Sequence record: SRR20825006_1576
Length of the DNA stretch: 59,388 nucleotides
Strand: one strand, 5' to 3'
Both the position numbers and the translations under genes were made by a program. Under the pieces are notes generated by a model. That model made no database searches, was not told the DNA's origin, and saw only the letters and a list, made by a program, of their open reading frames with translations. Positions 50,755 to 59,388 of the stretch are shown here, piece after piece. Each line of letters opens with the position of its first letter. Positions within the stretch are counted from its first letter, which is position 1.

Positions 50755-51792
50755 ATGAAAATCGGAAATTTTTCCATGGGCGCTAAGGTCGCAGCCGTTG
50801 CAGCCGCCATGCTGGTGTCCGGTACTGTTGCGCAGGCTCAGGACGTAAAGCTGACAGGCTCCGGCGCTTCTTTCCCCTTCCCGCTCTACTCGGCCTGGTT
50901 TAAGGATTTTAGCCAGAAGAGCGGTATCCAGGTCAACTATCAGGCCAAAGGCTCCGGCGGTGGTATCGAAGACTTCACCAACCGCGTGGTCGACTTCGCA
51001 GCCTCCGACGCTGCCATGGACGAAGAAGAAATGGCCAAGGTTGACGGCGGCGTCGTTCTCCTGCCGATGACGGCCGGTGAAATCGTTCTCGCCTACAACC
51101 TCGACGGCGTTTCCGAGCTGAAGCTGCCGCGCGACGTTTACCCGAAGATCTTCCTCGGCGAAATCACCAAGTGGAACGACGAAGCCATCGCCGCCGCCAA
51201 TGAAGGCGTCGAGCTCCCCGACGAAAACATCACGGTTGTCGTTCGTTCCGATTCCTCGGGCACCAGCTTCAACTTCACCAATCACCTTTCCGCCATCTCC
51301 AAGAAATTCGAAAGCACTGTCGGCGGCGGCAAGACCGTTCCGTGGCCGAAGGCTTCGAACTTCGTTGCCGCTCCGGGCAACCAGGGCATCACCGCCACGG
51401 TCAAGCAGACGCCCGGCGCGATCGGCTACATCGAATATGGCTACGCCCAGCAGACCAACACGCCTTATGCCCTGCTGGAAAACCAGTCCGGCAACTTCGT
51501 GAAGGCCGGTCCGGAAGCAGGTAGCGCCGCTCTCGCTTCGGCCGAACTCGACGAAAACAACGTCGCCTTCATCGTCGACCCGAAGGGCGAAGAGGCCTAC
51601 CCAATCGCCACCTTCACCTGGATGCTGTTCTACAAGAGCGGTCAGGACGAAGCCAAGGTTAAGGCTCTGAAGGAAATGATCAACTACGGCCTGACCACCG
51701 GTCAGGCGATGGCCGACAAGCTGGGCTACATCCCGCTGCCGGAAAACATCATCGAAATCAACAAGAAGTCGATGGAAGAAATCGGCGGATAA
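50755..51792 (+). CDS. pstS: Phosphate ABC transporter substrate-binding protein
   Basis: Signal peptide, GSGASFP, GSGGG, DFAASD, RSDSSGTS, GAIGYIE and YPI. Confidence 0.95.
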   Translation: MKIGNFSMGAKVAAVAAAMLVSGTVAQAQDVKLTGSGASFPFPLYSAWFKDFSQKSGIQVNYQAKGSGGGIEDFTNRVVDFAASDAAMDEEEMAKVDGGVVLLPMTAGEIVLAYNLDGVSELKLPRDVYPKIFLGEITKWNDEAIAAANEGVELPDENITVVVRSDSSGTSFNFTNHLSAISKKFESTVGGGKTVPWPKASNFVAAPGNQGITATVKQTPGAIGYIEYGYAQQTNTPYALLENQSGNFVKAGPEAGSAALASAELDENNVAFIVDPKGEEAYPIATFTWMLFYKSGQDEAKVKALKEMINYGLTTGQAMADKLGYIPLPENIIEINKKSMEEIGG

Positions 51793-51813
51793 TTGCAGCC
51801 ATATCAATCTTCG

Positions 51814-51845
51814 GCCGGGGCGTAAGTGGTTACGCCCCGGCTTTT
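51814..51845 (+). terminator. Hairpin between pstS and pstC (partial terminator or mRNA stabiliser)
   Basis: GCCGGGGCGTAA-GTGG-TTACGCCCCGGC-TTTT. Confidence 0.75.
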
Positions 51846-51932
51846 GCGAAATTATTGCACCACGCAAAAGTTTGATGCTCTTTATTGTCAGATCGCGGTA
51901 GCTTCCCGATCGCTGCTAGCAGGAGCCCCTAG

Positions 51933-52904
51933 ATGGCCGACAAACCGAAAAACGTCTCGCCACCCAATGACAGCGTCTCGCGCCCGCCAACCGCTTTCGA
52001 GTACGGATACGATAAATCCTTTCGCTTCCTGACATTCTTTGCAGGCGCCCTTACCGTGGCGCTGCTGATTTATATTTTCTGGAAGATCGGGGGACAGGCA
52101 GCCCCCGCCATGCAGAAATATGGCCTTCAGTTTCTGACAACCGTTCAGTGGAACCCCAATACCAATGAATACGGTATCCTCGCCGAAATATGGGGAACAC
52201 TTTATTCGTCGTTACTGGCGCTTCTTTTCGGTGGAGTTCTCGGCATTTCCGTGGCGATTTTCCTCACACAGGGCTTCCTGAATGCACGTCTTGCATGGGT
52301 ATTCCGCCTGATCGTTGAAATGCTGGCCGCCATTCCTTCCGTTGTTTACGGCCTTTGGGGCATCTACGTCCTCATTCCTGCAATTCGCCCGATTGCCAGC
52401 TGGCTTCACGAGCATTTTTCTTTCATACCTTTCTTTTCGACGCCTCTTGCCGGCCCCGGCATGTTTCCCGCAATGATCGTTTTGTCGATCATGATCCTGC
52501 CAACGGTCGCCGCAATCTCCCAGGATGCCTTCAAGGCTATTCCAATGAAGATCCAGGAAGCAGCCTACGGCATGGGTACAACCAAATGGGAAGCCATTCG
52601 CAAGGTGATCATTCCCACGGCATCCAGCGGTATCTTTGCTTCTCTCGTGTTGGGCTTCGGCCGCGCTCTTGGCGAAACCATGGCACTTGCCATGCTGATC
52701 GGTAATTCCCAGCAAGTGACGCTTTCACTTTTCGCACCTGCGACAACGCTGGCATCACTTCTGGCATCCACCTTTCCGGAAGCCGGTGCAAACCAAATCG
52801 GTCCGCTGATGTATGCGGCAATCGCTCTTCTGGTGATCACAATGACCGTCAATATCATTGGCACGATCATCATGAGCTACACGTCACGCCAGACTGTGAC
52901 CTAA
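51933..52904 (+). CDS. pstC: Phosphate ABC transporter permease
   Basis: LAAIPSVVYGLWG, EAA loop and GRALGETMA. Confidence 0.95.
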   Translation: MADKPKNVSPPNDSVSRPPTAFEYGYDKSFRFLTFFAGALTVALLIYIFWKIGGQAAPAMQKYGLQFLTTVQWNPNTNEYGILAEIWGTLYSSLLALLFGGVLGISVAIFLTQGFLNARLAWVFRLIVEMLAAIPSVVYGLWGIYVLIPAIRPIASWLHEHFSFIPFFSTPLAGPGMFPAMIVLSIMILPTVAAISQDAFKAIPMKIQEAAYGMGTTKWEAIRKVIIPTASSGIFASLVLGFGRALGETMALAMLIGNSQQVTLSLFAPATTLASLLASTFPEAGANQIGPLMYAAIALLVITMTVNIIGTIIMSYTSRQTVT

Positions 52905-52923
52905 GGATTTCAGGGTAAATACA

Positions 52924-53826
52924 ATGAGCATGACGGACCAAAATCCAGCAAACCCAGAAATGGTTGCCCTCGGCGATACCAGCCTGAATTTCTCGTTCGC
53001 CGAGCGGCGGACAATGATGAACTTCATTCAAACCTTTATTCTGTGGTTGCTCGCAGCTGTGGCCGCAGTTCCGCTGATCTCGGTTCTTTATATGCTGATC
53101 AGCCGCGGTGGTCTGCGTCTCAGTGCTGCTATCTTTACGGAATTGCCACCTGCTCCGTTTGAGCAGGGCGGCGGTATAGGTAATGCAATCATCGGCACGC
53201 TGGTCATGGTTGCCATCGCTGCTGTGATCTCGATCCCGGTCGGTGTTCTGGGAGGCATCTATACCGGCCTTATCAGCCCCAACAGCCGCTTCTCGGCATC
53301 GGTTCGCTTCGTTGCAAAGGTCCTGACCGGTTTCCCGTCAATCCTCTCAGGTGTTTTCGTATATGCCTGGCTTGTGGTGGTGATGAAGACCTATTCGGCG
53401 CTCGCCGGTGGTATTTCACTCTCGATCCTGATGCTTCCGACAATTCTTTTGACCGCTGAACAGGCATTCCGCATGGTGCCGCAACGCATGAAGGATGCCG
53501 CCTATGGTATGGGCTGCAATTCCACACAAGTTGCCACTAAAATTGTTTTGCCGACGGCGCTGCCCGGTGTTATGACTGGTGTCATGCTCGCGGTGGCGGG
53601 AGCTTCGGGAGAATCTGCTCCGCTCCTTTTCACAGCTTTGTTTTCGAACTACTGGCTTGGGAGCTTTACAGAGCCGACGGCGTCATTGTCGATCCTGATC
53701 TACAATTTCTCGTCAATGCCCTATGAAAACCAGATAGAACTGGCCTGGACCGCATCATTGGTACTCGTATTGATTGTTCTCATCTTCAATATCTTGAGCC
53801 GTGCGTTCAGCAACAGCCGCGTGTGA
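52924..53826 (+). CDS. pstA: Phosphate ABC transporter permease
   Basis: GGIGNAIIGT, PSI and GESAPLLFT. Confidence 0.95.
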   Translation: MSMTDQNPANPEMVALGDTSLNFSFAERRTMMNFIQTFILWLLAAVAAVPLISVLYMLISRGGLRLSAAIFTELPPAPFEQGGGIGNAIIGTLVMVAIAAVISIPVGVLGGIYTGLISPNSRFSASVRFVAKVLTGFPSILSGVFVYAWLVVVMKTYSALAGGISLSILMLPTILLTAEQAFRMVPQRMKDAAYGMGCNSTQVATKIVLPTALPGVMTGVMLAVAGASGESAPLLFTALFSNYWLGSFTEPTASLSILIYNFSSMPYENQIELAWTASLVLVLIVLIFNILSRAFSNSRV

Positions 53827-53845
53827 TTAAAAAAGGTCTGAAATT

Positions 53846-54676
53846 ATGTCTGCTACTATGGAAATGAGTAACCTTCAGGAAGCAAATGCTCAGGCTGAAA
53901 GCGGCGAAGTCGCGATCGGCGCAAGGATCGAAAAGATCTTCTACGGTGATTTCCTCGCTGTACGCGATGCCGACGTCGATATCGAAAAGGGCAAGATTAC
54001 TGGATTTATCGGCCCGTCGGGCTGTGGCAAATCGACGGTTCTGCGCAGCCTGAACCGGATGAATGACCTGATCCCTGTGTTCCGCCTGGAAGGTCACGTC
54101 CACTTCCTCGGCCAGGATGTCTACGGCAAGAATGTCGACCCGGTTGTGGTGCGTCGCCATATTGGCATGGTGTTCCAGCAACCCAATCCTTTCTCGATGA
54201 GTATCTTTGAAAACGTTGCCTTCGGCCTGCGCCTCAACGGTTTCAAAGGCGACATCTCGGGCAGGGTCGAAAAAGCCCTCCGCCACGCCGCGCTCTGGAA
54301 CGAGGTCAAGGATAAACTCAAGCAGAACGGCCTTTCGCTTTCCGGTGGCCAGCAGCAACGTCTTTGCATCGCCCGGGCGATTGCAACCGAGCCGTCTGTC
54401 CTGCTGATGGATGAACCCTGCTCGGCGCTTGACCCGATTGCAACACGTCAAATCGAAGAACTAATGTTGCAATTGAAGGAAGATTACACGGTTGCGATTG
54501 TGACTCACAACATGCAGCAGGCCATCCGTGTTGCCGACAAGACTGCGTTTTTCTCCGTCGACATGTCGCAGGGCGGACGTACCGGCTTCCTCGTTGAGGT
54601 TGGCGATACGAAGCAGATCTTCGAAAATCCGAAGGAAAATCTGACGAAAGAATACCTGTCGGGTGAATTCAGCTAA
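53846..54676 (+). CDS. pstB: Phosphate ABC transporter ATPase
   Basis: [42 protein letters not shown] and VTHNMQQA. Confidence 0.96.
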   Translation: MSATMEMSNLQEANAQAESGEVAIGARIEKIFYGDFLAVRDADVDIEKGKITGFIGPSGCGKSTVLRSLNRMNDLIPVFRLEGHVHFLGQDVYGKNVDPVVVRRHIGMVFQQPNPFSMSIFENVAFGLRLNGFKGDISGRVEKALRHAALWNEVKDKLKQNGLSLSGGQQQRLCIARAIATEPSVLLMDEPCSALDPIATRQIEELMLQLKEDYTVAIVTHNMQQAIRVADKTAFFSVDMSQGGRTGFLVEVGDTKQIFENPKENLTKEYLSGEFS

Positions 54677-54702
54677 CCCTGCCGGCTTTCGATTTTTTTC
54701 TC

Positions 54703-54736
54703 AGGGCGGCACTATGATTTCATGGCGCCGCCTTTT
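54703..54736 (+). terminator. Terminator downstream of pstB
   Basis: AGGGCGGCACTATGA..TCATGGCGCCGCC-TTTT. Confidence 0.65.
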
Positions 54737-55015
54737 GATCGTCAGGCAGAATATTGCTCAATCGCAGATCACGATAAAAATGAAGGTGGGCCCATTATCA
54801 AGGTGCGTCTGCTTCATACACGATGAGCGTGAACGGTATTGCCGTTGCAAAAAATGCGATTTTGCACCGAGAAACCCGGCTTCCAGCATTGGTGGGTCGA
54901 ACTTTACGCCATTGATTTGACGCCTGAGCCGTGGCAGGGCTATTGCTAAGATAACTGCCGGTATTCGATGCACATGATTTCGCCGATGCCGACAAGCTAT
55001 TCTGGAAACCGTTTT

Positions 55016-55693
55016 ATGTTCAAACACAGCCTCGACCTTGAGAAGATCGAAGCCAAGCTGCGGGACACACAGCACCAGTTTGAGCGCATCAACGCTACGT
55101 TGACGATGCGTCGCGACGGGATGCCCGATAGTGTTATCGAGCATATGATGGAAGGCTATGCCTATATCAACGGTCTTCTGAACGACGGCCTGGACCTGTT
55201 GCATATCGGAGAGTTCCATCACCTTCTGGAACTGAACCATCTCGTCCTGTGCGGCTCTGATCAAAAGGCGCGCGCAGAATTTGCCAATCACATTCTGCGC
55301 ACGGAAGAGCATTTTTACGACCGGCAATACGGAGATATCGGTGGCCTCGTCGACTGGTACAACCGGCATTTAAAGAAACCGGTGCGCAAGCGTGCGGCCG
55401 GTGTCTATGTGCGTGTACTCAGCCGACCGCAGCTTTTCATCGAGGGAAACCATCGGACAGGCGCTCTTATCATGAGTTACATCATGTGTCGCGAAGGTAA
55501 GCCACCCTTTGTACTGACCCCTGAAAATGCGGAGGCTTATTTCAATCCGTCAACGCTGGTGCGTGATTCACACAAATACTCAATGGACGAACTGATCAAA
55601 ATCCCCAAACTGTCGCGTTATTTTGCAAGTTTCCTGAAGGAAACTGAAGATGACGACCTGATTGCAAAATCGAAAGAACTGGAACAGGTTTGA
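55016..55693 (+). CDS. Fic/Doc (fido)-like protein with a non-canonical motif
   Basis: QLFIEGNHRTGA aligns to HxFx(D/E)GNGRxxR in a helical-looking context. The frame is open from 54968. Confidence 0.65.
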   Translation: MFKHSLDLEKIEAKLRDTQHQFERINATLTMRRDGMPDSVIEHMMEGYAYINGLLNDGLDLLHIGEFHHLLELNHLVLCGSDQKARAEFANHILRTEEHFYDRQYGDIGGLVDWYNRHLKKPVRKRAAGVYVRVLSRPQLFIEGNHRTGALIMSYIMCREGKPPFVLTPENAEAYFNPSTLVRDSHKYSMDELIKIPKLSRYFASFLKETEDDDLIAKSKELEQV

Positions 55694-55793
55694 CACAATC
55701 AGCGGCTTTCAGACGATAGGCAGCTATCCTGCGCCGGTGAAGGTACTTTGAAACGATCCAACACCGACCACAACCACACAGGCTGTCCTGTGA

Positions 55794-56786
55794 TCAACTG
55801 ACCTTTACAACAATACGACCACGCACCTGCCCGGCAAGAATATCCTTCGCAACGTCTGCAAGATGCTCGAAACCGACCTCAACAGGTGCGATCTCCGCAA
55901 TATGTTCGTGCTTCAGCGTCGATTGCAACAAGCGCCACGCGGCCTCTCGCCGTTTCCGCGGCGCCATCACGGAATCCACGCCGATCAACGTAACAGAACG
56001 CAGAATATGTGGTAGCACGGTTGCGGGAAGATCAGGGCCACCGGCAAGACCGCAGGCTGTAACCGCACCACCATAGACTGTCTGCGCCAGAACATTCGCC
56101 AAGGTCGCCGAACCAACCGTATCAACCGCACCGATCCAGCGCTCGGTCTGCAACGGCTTGCCGGGCTCAGACAGTTCTGCCCGGTCAATGAAGGCCGTTG
56201 CGCCAAGAAAACGCAGGTAGTCATGCGTCTGTGAACGGCCCGTCGAAGCCGTCACATCAAACCCCAGCGAACTCAGAAGCGAAACGGCATATGACCCAAC
56301 TCCGCCAGCCGCACCGGTTACAAGAATACGGCCTTCGCTTGAGGAAAGCCCACCTTGTGAAAGCAGCTGATTGACGCACAATGCGGCAGTATAACCAGCC
56401 GTACCGATCGCCATGGCTTGATGCTGGGTAAACCCCTCTGGCTGTGGCATAAGCCATTCCGGTTTCAAACGCTGATAGGTGCTGTAGGCCCCCCATTCGG
56501 TCTCGGAAAGACCATGGCCGTTGGCAATCACCTGATCTCCGGGTTTGAAAGCGGGATCGTCGGAGTCGACTACTGTTCCGGCAACATCAATTCCCGGCAC
56601 CATGGGAAAGCGACGGGCAATGCGCCCCTTCCCTGTCATCGCCAGACCATCTTTGTAGTTCAGCGACGAATAGTCCACACGAACCAGTACAGGGTAGTCC
56701 GGCAGATCCGAGAGCGCCAGCGCTTCAAGTCTTGCGCCTTTCTGTTCCTTGTCGCGAATGACCATGGCTGAAAAGGTCTCAGGCAT
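55794..56786 (-). CDS. acuI: YhdH/AcuI-family acryloyl-CoA reductase-like MDR oxidoreductase
   Basis: YSSLNYKDGLA, PGID, AMAIGTAGYTA, VTGAAGGVGS, ACGLAGG, ILRSV.LIGVDSV and GQVRGRIVV. Confidence 0.85.
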   Translation of the reverse strand: MPETFSAMVIRDKEQKGARLEALALSDLPDYPVLVRVDYSSLNYKDGLAMTGKGRIARRFPMVPGIDVAGTVVDSDDPAFKPGDQVIANGHGLSETEWGAYSTYQRLKPEWLMPQPEGFTQHQAMAIGTAGYTAALCVNQLLSQGGLSSSEGRILVTGAAGGVGSYAVSLLSSLGFDVTASTGRSQTHDYLRFLGATAFIDRAELSEPGKPLQTERWIGAVDTVGSATLANVLAQTVYGGAVTACGLAGGPDLPATVLPHILRSVTLIGVDSVMAPRKRREAAWRLLQSTLKHEHIAEIAPVEVGFEHLADVAKDILAGQVRGRIVVKVS

Positions 56787-56867
56787 GTTTGGCTCCTTGT
56801 TCCATGTGCCGGAACAAATTTAACGCCGCCCATACCCAAAACGCAATCGCCACATATTTCTTCAATC

Positions 56868-57785
56868 TCAGATAGTGGATTTTGCAACTGCAATGCGCGC
56901 GGCAAGTATTGCATTGTTTCTCACCAAAGCAATATTGGCTTTCAGGCTGCGTCCTTCAGAAAGCTCATTGATGCGCGCCAGAAGGAACGGCGTTAAATCC
57001 TTGCGCGTAATACCTTTTTCTTCGGCTTCACGCACCGCATTCTCAATTGTGCCATCAATGAATTCATGCGTCAGCGCATCAACTTCAGGCACAGGATTGG
57101 CAACCAGAACACCGGTTCCCGTCTCCAGCTTGTCGTGCAGAACGATGGTGCTTGCCAGAGCTTCAGGACTATCGAGACGGTGGTCTGCTGCATACCCGCT
57201 GGATCGCGTGAAGAAAGCAGGAAAATCATCACTCTGATAAGCGATTACCGGCACGCGCTGGGTCTCAAGATATTCAAGTGTTTTCGGAATATCGAGAATG
57301 GATTTGACGCCGGCGCAAACAACTGTAACCGGTGTGCGGCCAAGCTCGCTCAGATCTGCGGAGATATCAAAGGTCTGCTCGGCTCCACGGTGAACGCCGC
57401 CAACCCCGCCGGTGGCAAAAACAGAAATACCGGCCAGAGCTGCAATCTTCATTGTGGCAGAAACAGTCGTTCCGGCTGTCTGGCCCTTCACCATTGCAAC
57501 AGCAAGATCACGCCCCGACGCCTTGACGATCCCGTCTTCAACCTTTGCCAGCCGCTCAATCACATCGCGATCAAGGCCGGCGTGCAGCTTGCCCCCGATC
57601 ACGGCGATCGTTGCCGGAACAGCTCCGTTTTCCCGAATCACCGCTTCTACACCAAGCGCAGTTTCAAGGTTGGCGGGAAAAGGCATTCCGTGGGTGATGA
57701 TCGTCGATTCCAGTGCAACAACCGGCTTCCCGGCGGCAAGAGCGGATTCAACTTCCTGGCTCAGGATAATTTCGATCTCAGACAA
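56868..57785 (-). CDS. psuG: Pseudouridine-5'-phosphate glycosidase
   Basis: VVALESTIITHGMP, TTVSAT, FATGGVGGVHRG, DISADL and TPFLL. Probable TTG start after GGAG. Confidence 0.95.
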   Translation of the reverse strand: MSEIEIILSQEVESALAAGKPVVALESTIITHGMPFPANLETALGVEAVIRENGAVPATIAVIGGKLHAGLDRDVIERLAKVEDGIVKASGRDLAVAMVKGQTAGTTVSATMKIAALAGISVFATGGVGGVHRGAEQTFDISADLSELGRTPVTVVCAGVKSILDIPKTLEYLETQRVPVIAYQSDDFPAFFTRSSGYAADHRLDSPEALASTIVLHDKLETGTGVLVANPVPEVDALTHEFIDGTIENAVREAEEKGITRKDLTPFLLARINELSEGRSLKANIALVRNNAILAARIAVAKSTI

Positions 57786-58914
57786 TTTTATCTCCATGGT
57801 ATGAAAGCGTATCGAGCCTGTGTAAATTGGCCTCGACAAAATGGCTTGAAAGCAGCGGGTGCACGCTGGCGGGACTTTCCGTTGTCAGCGAGCCGATCAA
57901 CGCACCTTTACGCACGGCATCGGAAAGTTCGGCGCTCTGCAGATAATAAAAAAGTGTGCCTGCGATCATCGCATCCCCCGCCCCTGTCATATCGACAGGC
58001 TCTGCCTTGATGACTGGGATCTGCCGGACACCTGAAGACGATGCAACGACAACGCCACGCGCACCGCAGGAGAGAATGACCGACCCTGCTCCGGCATGGC
58101 GTAACTGCTCTGCAGCCTGTGTCATACCTTCCGCGTCACACGAGAACTCACGTTCAAGCCAGGTGGAAGCCTCATCAAGGTTCAGAAACAACAGGTCGAC
58201 ACCATCAAGCACTTCTGGAAGGCGTTGAACTTTCGGCGTTGATACAGCATCAATTGCAAGATCAAAGCGCCCGCCCCTACTCTTCTCAATCAGTGAAGAA
58301 AGCGTCTCGGACGGCAGGTTGCAGTCTGCAAAAACGAGCCGTGCCGATGTCACAGCGGACCAGACATTCTCCATCAATGCAGGGCTCAAGCGATCAAAAA
58401 TCGCCATATCGGCAATGCCAAACGCCAGATCACCCGAGGGCTCCAGAACGGCGGCATACTCAGCTGTACGTTCATCGGCAAGCGACAAAACGCTGGAAAC
58501 ATCCACACCTCGTTCGCGCATGTAACGAAGCAGGTCGCGACCGCTTTCATCCGCTCCAACGGCGGAGACAAAGCTGGTTCTGGCGCCCAAAAGAGCAAGA
58601 TTCTCAGCAACATTTCGGGCAACGCCACCAAAGCTTCGCATACTCTCCACCGGGTTGGATGTTCCCGCGATCAGCGGCGCACGCGCAAGATACTTCCGAT
58701 CGACGACAGCCCCACCAACAACAGCCACCCGGTCTTCGTGTGGCAAAACATAGCCGCGCCCGAGGATATACCCCTTCGCTGTTAGCTTCACGATGTGAGC
58801 CGCGACGGCAGAACGCGAAAGGTCAAGTTGGTCAGCCATCTGCTGCTGACCGATAAACGGATTCTCCCTGACAAGATGAAGAACAGCCGCTTCTGAATTG
58901 CTCAACTCAGACAT
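57778..58914 (-). CDS. psuK: HTH-PfkB pseudouridine kinase
   Basis: N-terminal wHTH (NPFIGQQQMADQLDLSRSAVAAHI..L..KGYILGRGY), GGVARNVAENL and DMTGAGD; overlaps psuG. Confidence 0.88.
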   Translation of the reverse strand: MSELSNSEAAVLHLVRENPFIGQQQMADQLDLSRSAVAAHIVKLTAKGYILGRGYVLPHEDRVAVVGGAVVDRKYLARAPLIAGTSNPVESMRSFGGVARNVAENLALLGARTSFVSAVGADESGRDLLRYMRERGVDVSSVLSLADERTAEYAAVLEPSGDLAFGIADMAIFDRLSPALMENVWSAVTSARLVFADCNLPSETLSSLIEKSRGGRFDLAIDAVSTPKVQRLPEVLDGVDLLFLNLDEASTWLEREFSCDAEGMTQAAEQLRHAGAGSVILSCGARGVVVASSSGVRQIPVIKAEPVDMTGAGDAMIAGTLFYYLQSAELSDAVRKGALIGSLTTESPASVHPLLSSHFVEANLHRLDTLSYHGDKIV

Positions 58915-58938
58915 GATCGTTTCCCTGTGAGGCACCAC

Positions 58939-58970
58939 AATAACAAATGTTTTTAGAATAACAACTGTTA
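58939..58970. promoter_or_regulatory. Tandem operator-like repeat upstream of psuK
   Basis: AATAACAAATGTT (58939-58951) and AATAACAACTGTT (58957-58969), each containing the palindrome AACA-NN-TGTT. Confidence 0.6.
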
Positions 58971-59184
58971 TATTCTCTCTGAGCGATTTGGCAGGTGTCT
59001 GGCGTCATCACGTGCAGGCACGCCGGAGCGCCATAGCTGTCAAAGGTCAATCCATCGCCGGCGACTTTTACTAAAGTTTCGTCCCCGAATGTCTTTTTTC
59101 CCCGGCATCGCAATGCTATAGCGCTCCAGACTTCTTGAAAACGCATGGAGCCGCAGACCGGCTCACTTCAGACGAGGATGGAAA

Positions 59185-59388
59185 ATGACGAAGATCAAGG
59201 TGGCAAACCCGGTCGTCGATCTCGACGGCGACGAAATGACCCGCATCATCTGGCAGTTCATCAAGGAAAAGCTGATTGTTCCTTATCTCGATCTCCCGAT
59301 TGAGTATTACGACCTGTCGGTTCAAAATCGTGATGCCACTGACGATCAGGTAACTATAGACGCCGCCAACGCCATCAAGAAGCATGGT
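59185..59388 (+). CDS. icd: NADP-dependent isocitrate dehydrogenase, N-terminal part (runs off the window)
   Basis: [35 protein letters not shown]...[13 protein letters not shown] upstream. Not listed in the ORF track. Confidence 0.95.
   Translation, partial: MTKIKVANPVVDLDGDEMTRIIWQFIKEKLIVPYLDLPIEYYDLSVQNRDATDDQVTIDAANAIKKHG

Noticed and set aside
50728-51867. 379-aa antisense ORF over pstS
   Set aside because: A shadow frame produced by pstS codon bias; no recognisable motifs.
1-59388. CRISPR arrays, tRNA/rRNA genes, IS elements, integrases and prophage genes
   Set aside because: None were seen by eye. Short or degenerate elements could have been missed without a computational scan.

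Overview
Chromosomal window from an alphaproteobacterium. Gene order and protein sequences point to Rhizobiaceae/Hyphomicrobiales; the genus cannot be determined from this window. Conserved core blocks are rpsB-tsf-pyrH-frr-uppS-cdsA-rseP-bamA-lpxD-fabZ-lpxA-lpxI-lpxB, eipB/ridA-GDPD-GNAT-HIT, ppa, pmbA-cysQ-DUF4170-waaA-lpxK, a Kef-type antiporter and the start of icd. Accessory modules lie between them: (1) the end of an NfrA/YbcH-like surface-glycan locus; (2) an AraC gene divergent from exported sulfatase, exported HAD phosphatase and octaheme c-cytochrome genes; (3) a YhaO/YhaN (SbcDC-like) nuclease-ATPase pair; (4) a collapsed MarR-to-HlyD efflux operon remnant, whose MarR part is missing from the ORF track; (5) preTA with a RutR-like operator; (6) a CHASE-PAS-GGDEF-EAL protein, poxB and a fused ThrE exporter; (7) a stand-alone pstSCAB with a perfect Pho box in inverted orientation, followed by a Fic-like protein lacking the catalytic His; (8) HTH-psuK/psuG/acuI with a tandem operator-like repeat. 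I saw no rRNA, tRNA, CRISPR array, transposase or integrase. All calls come from reading motifs by eye; no database search was run.
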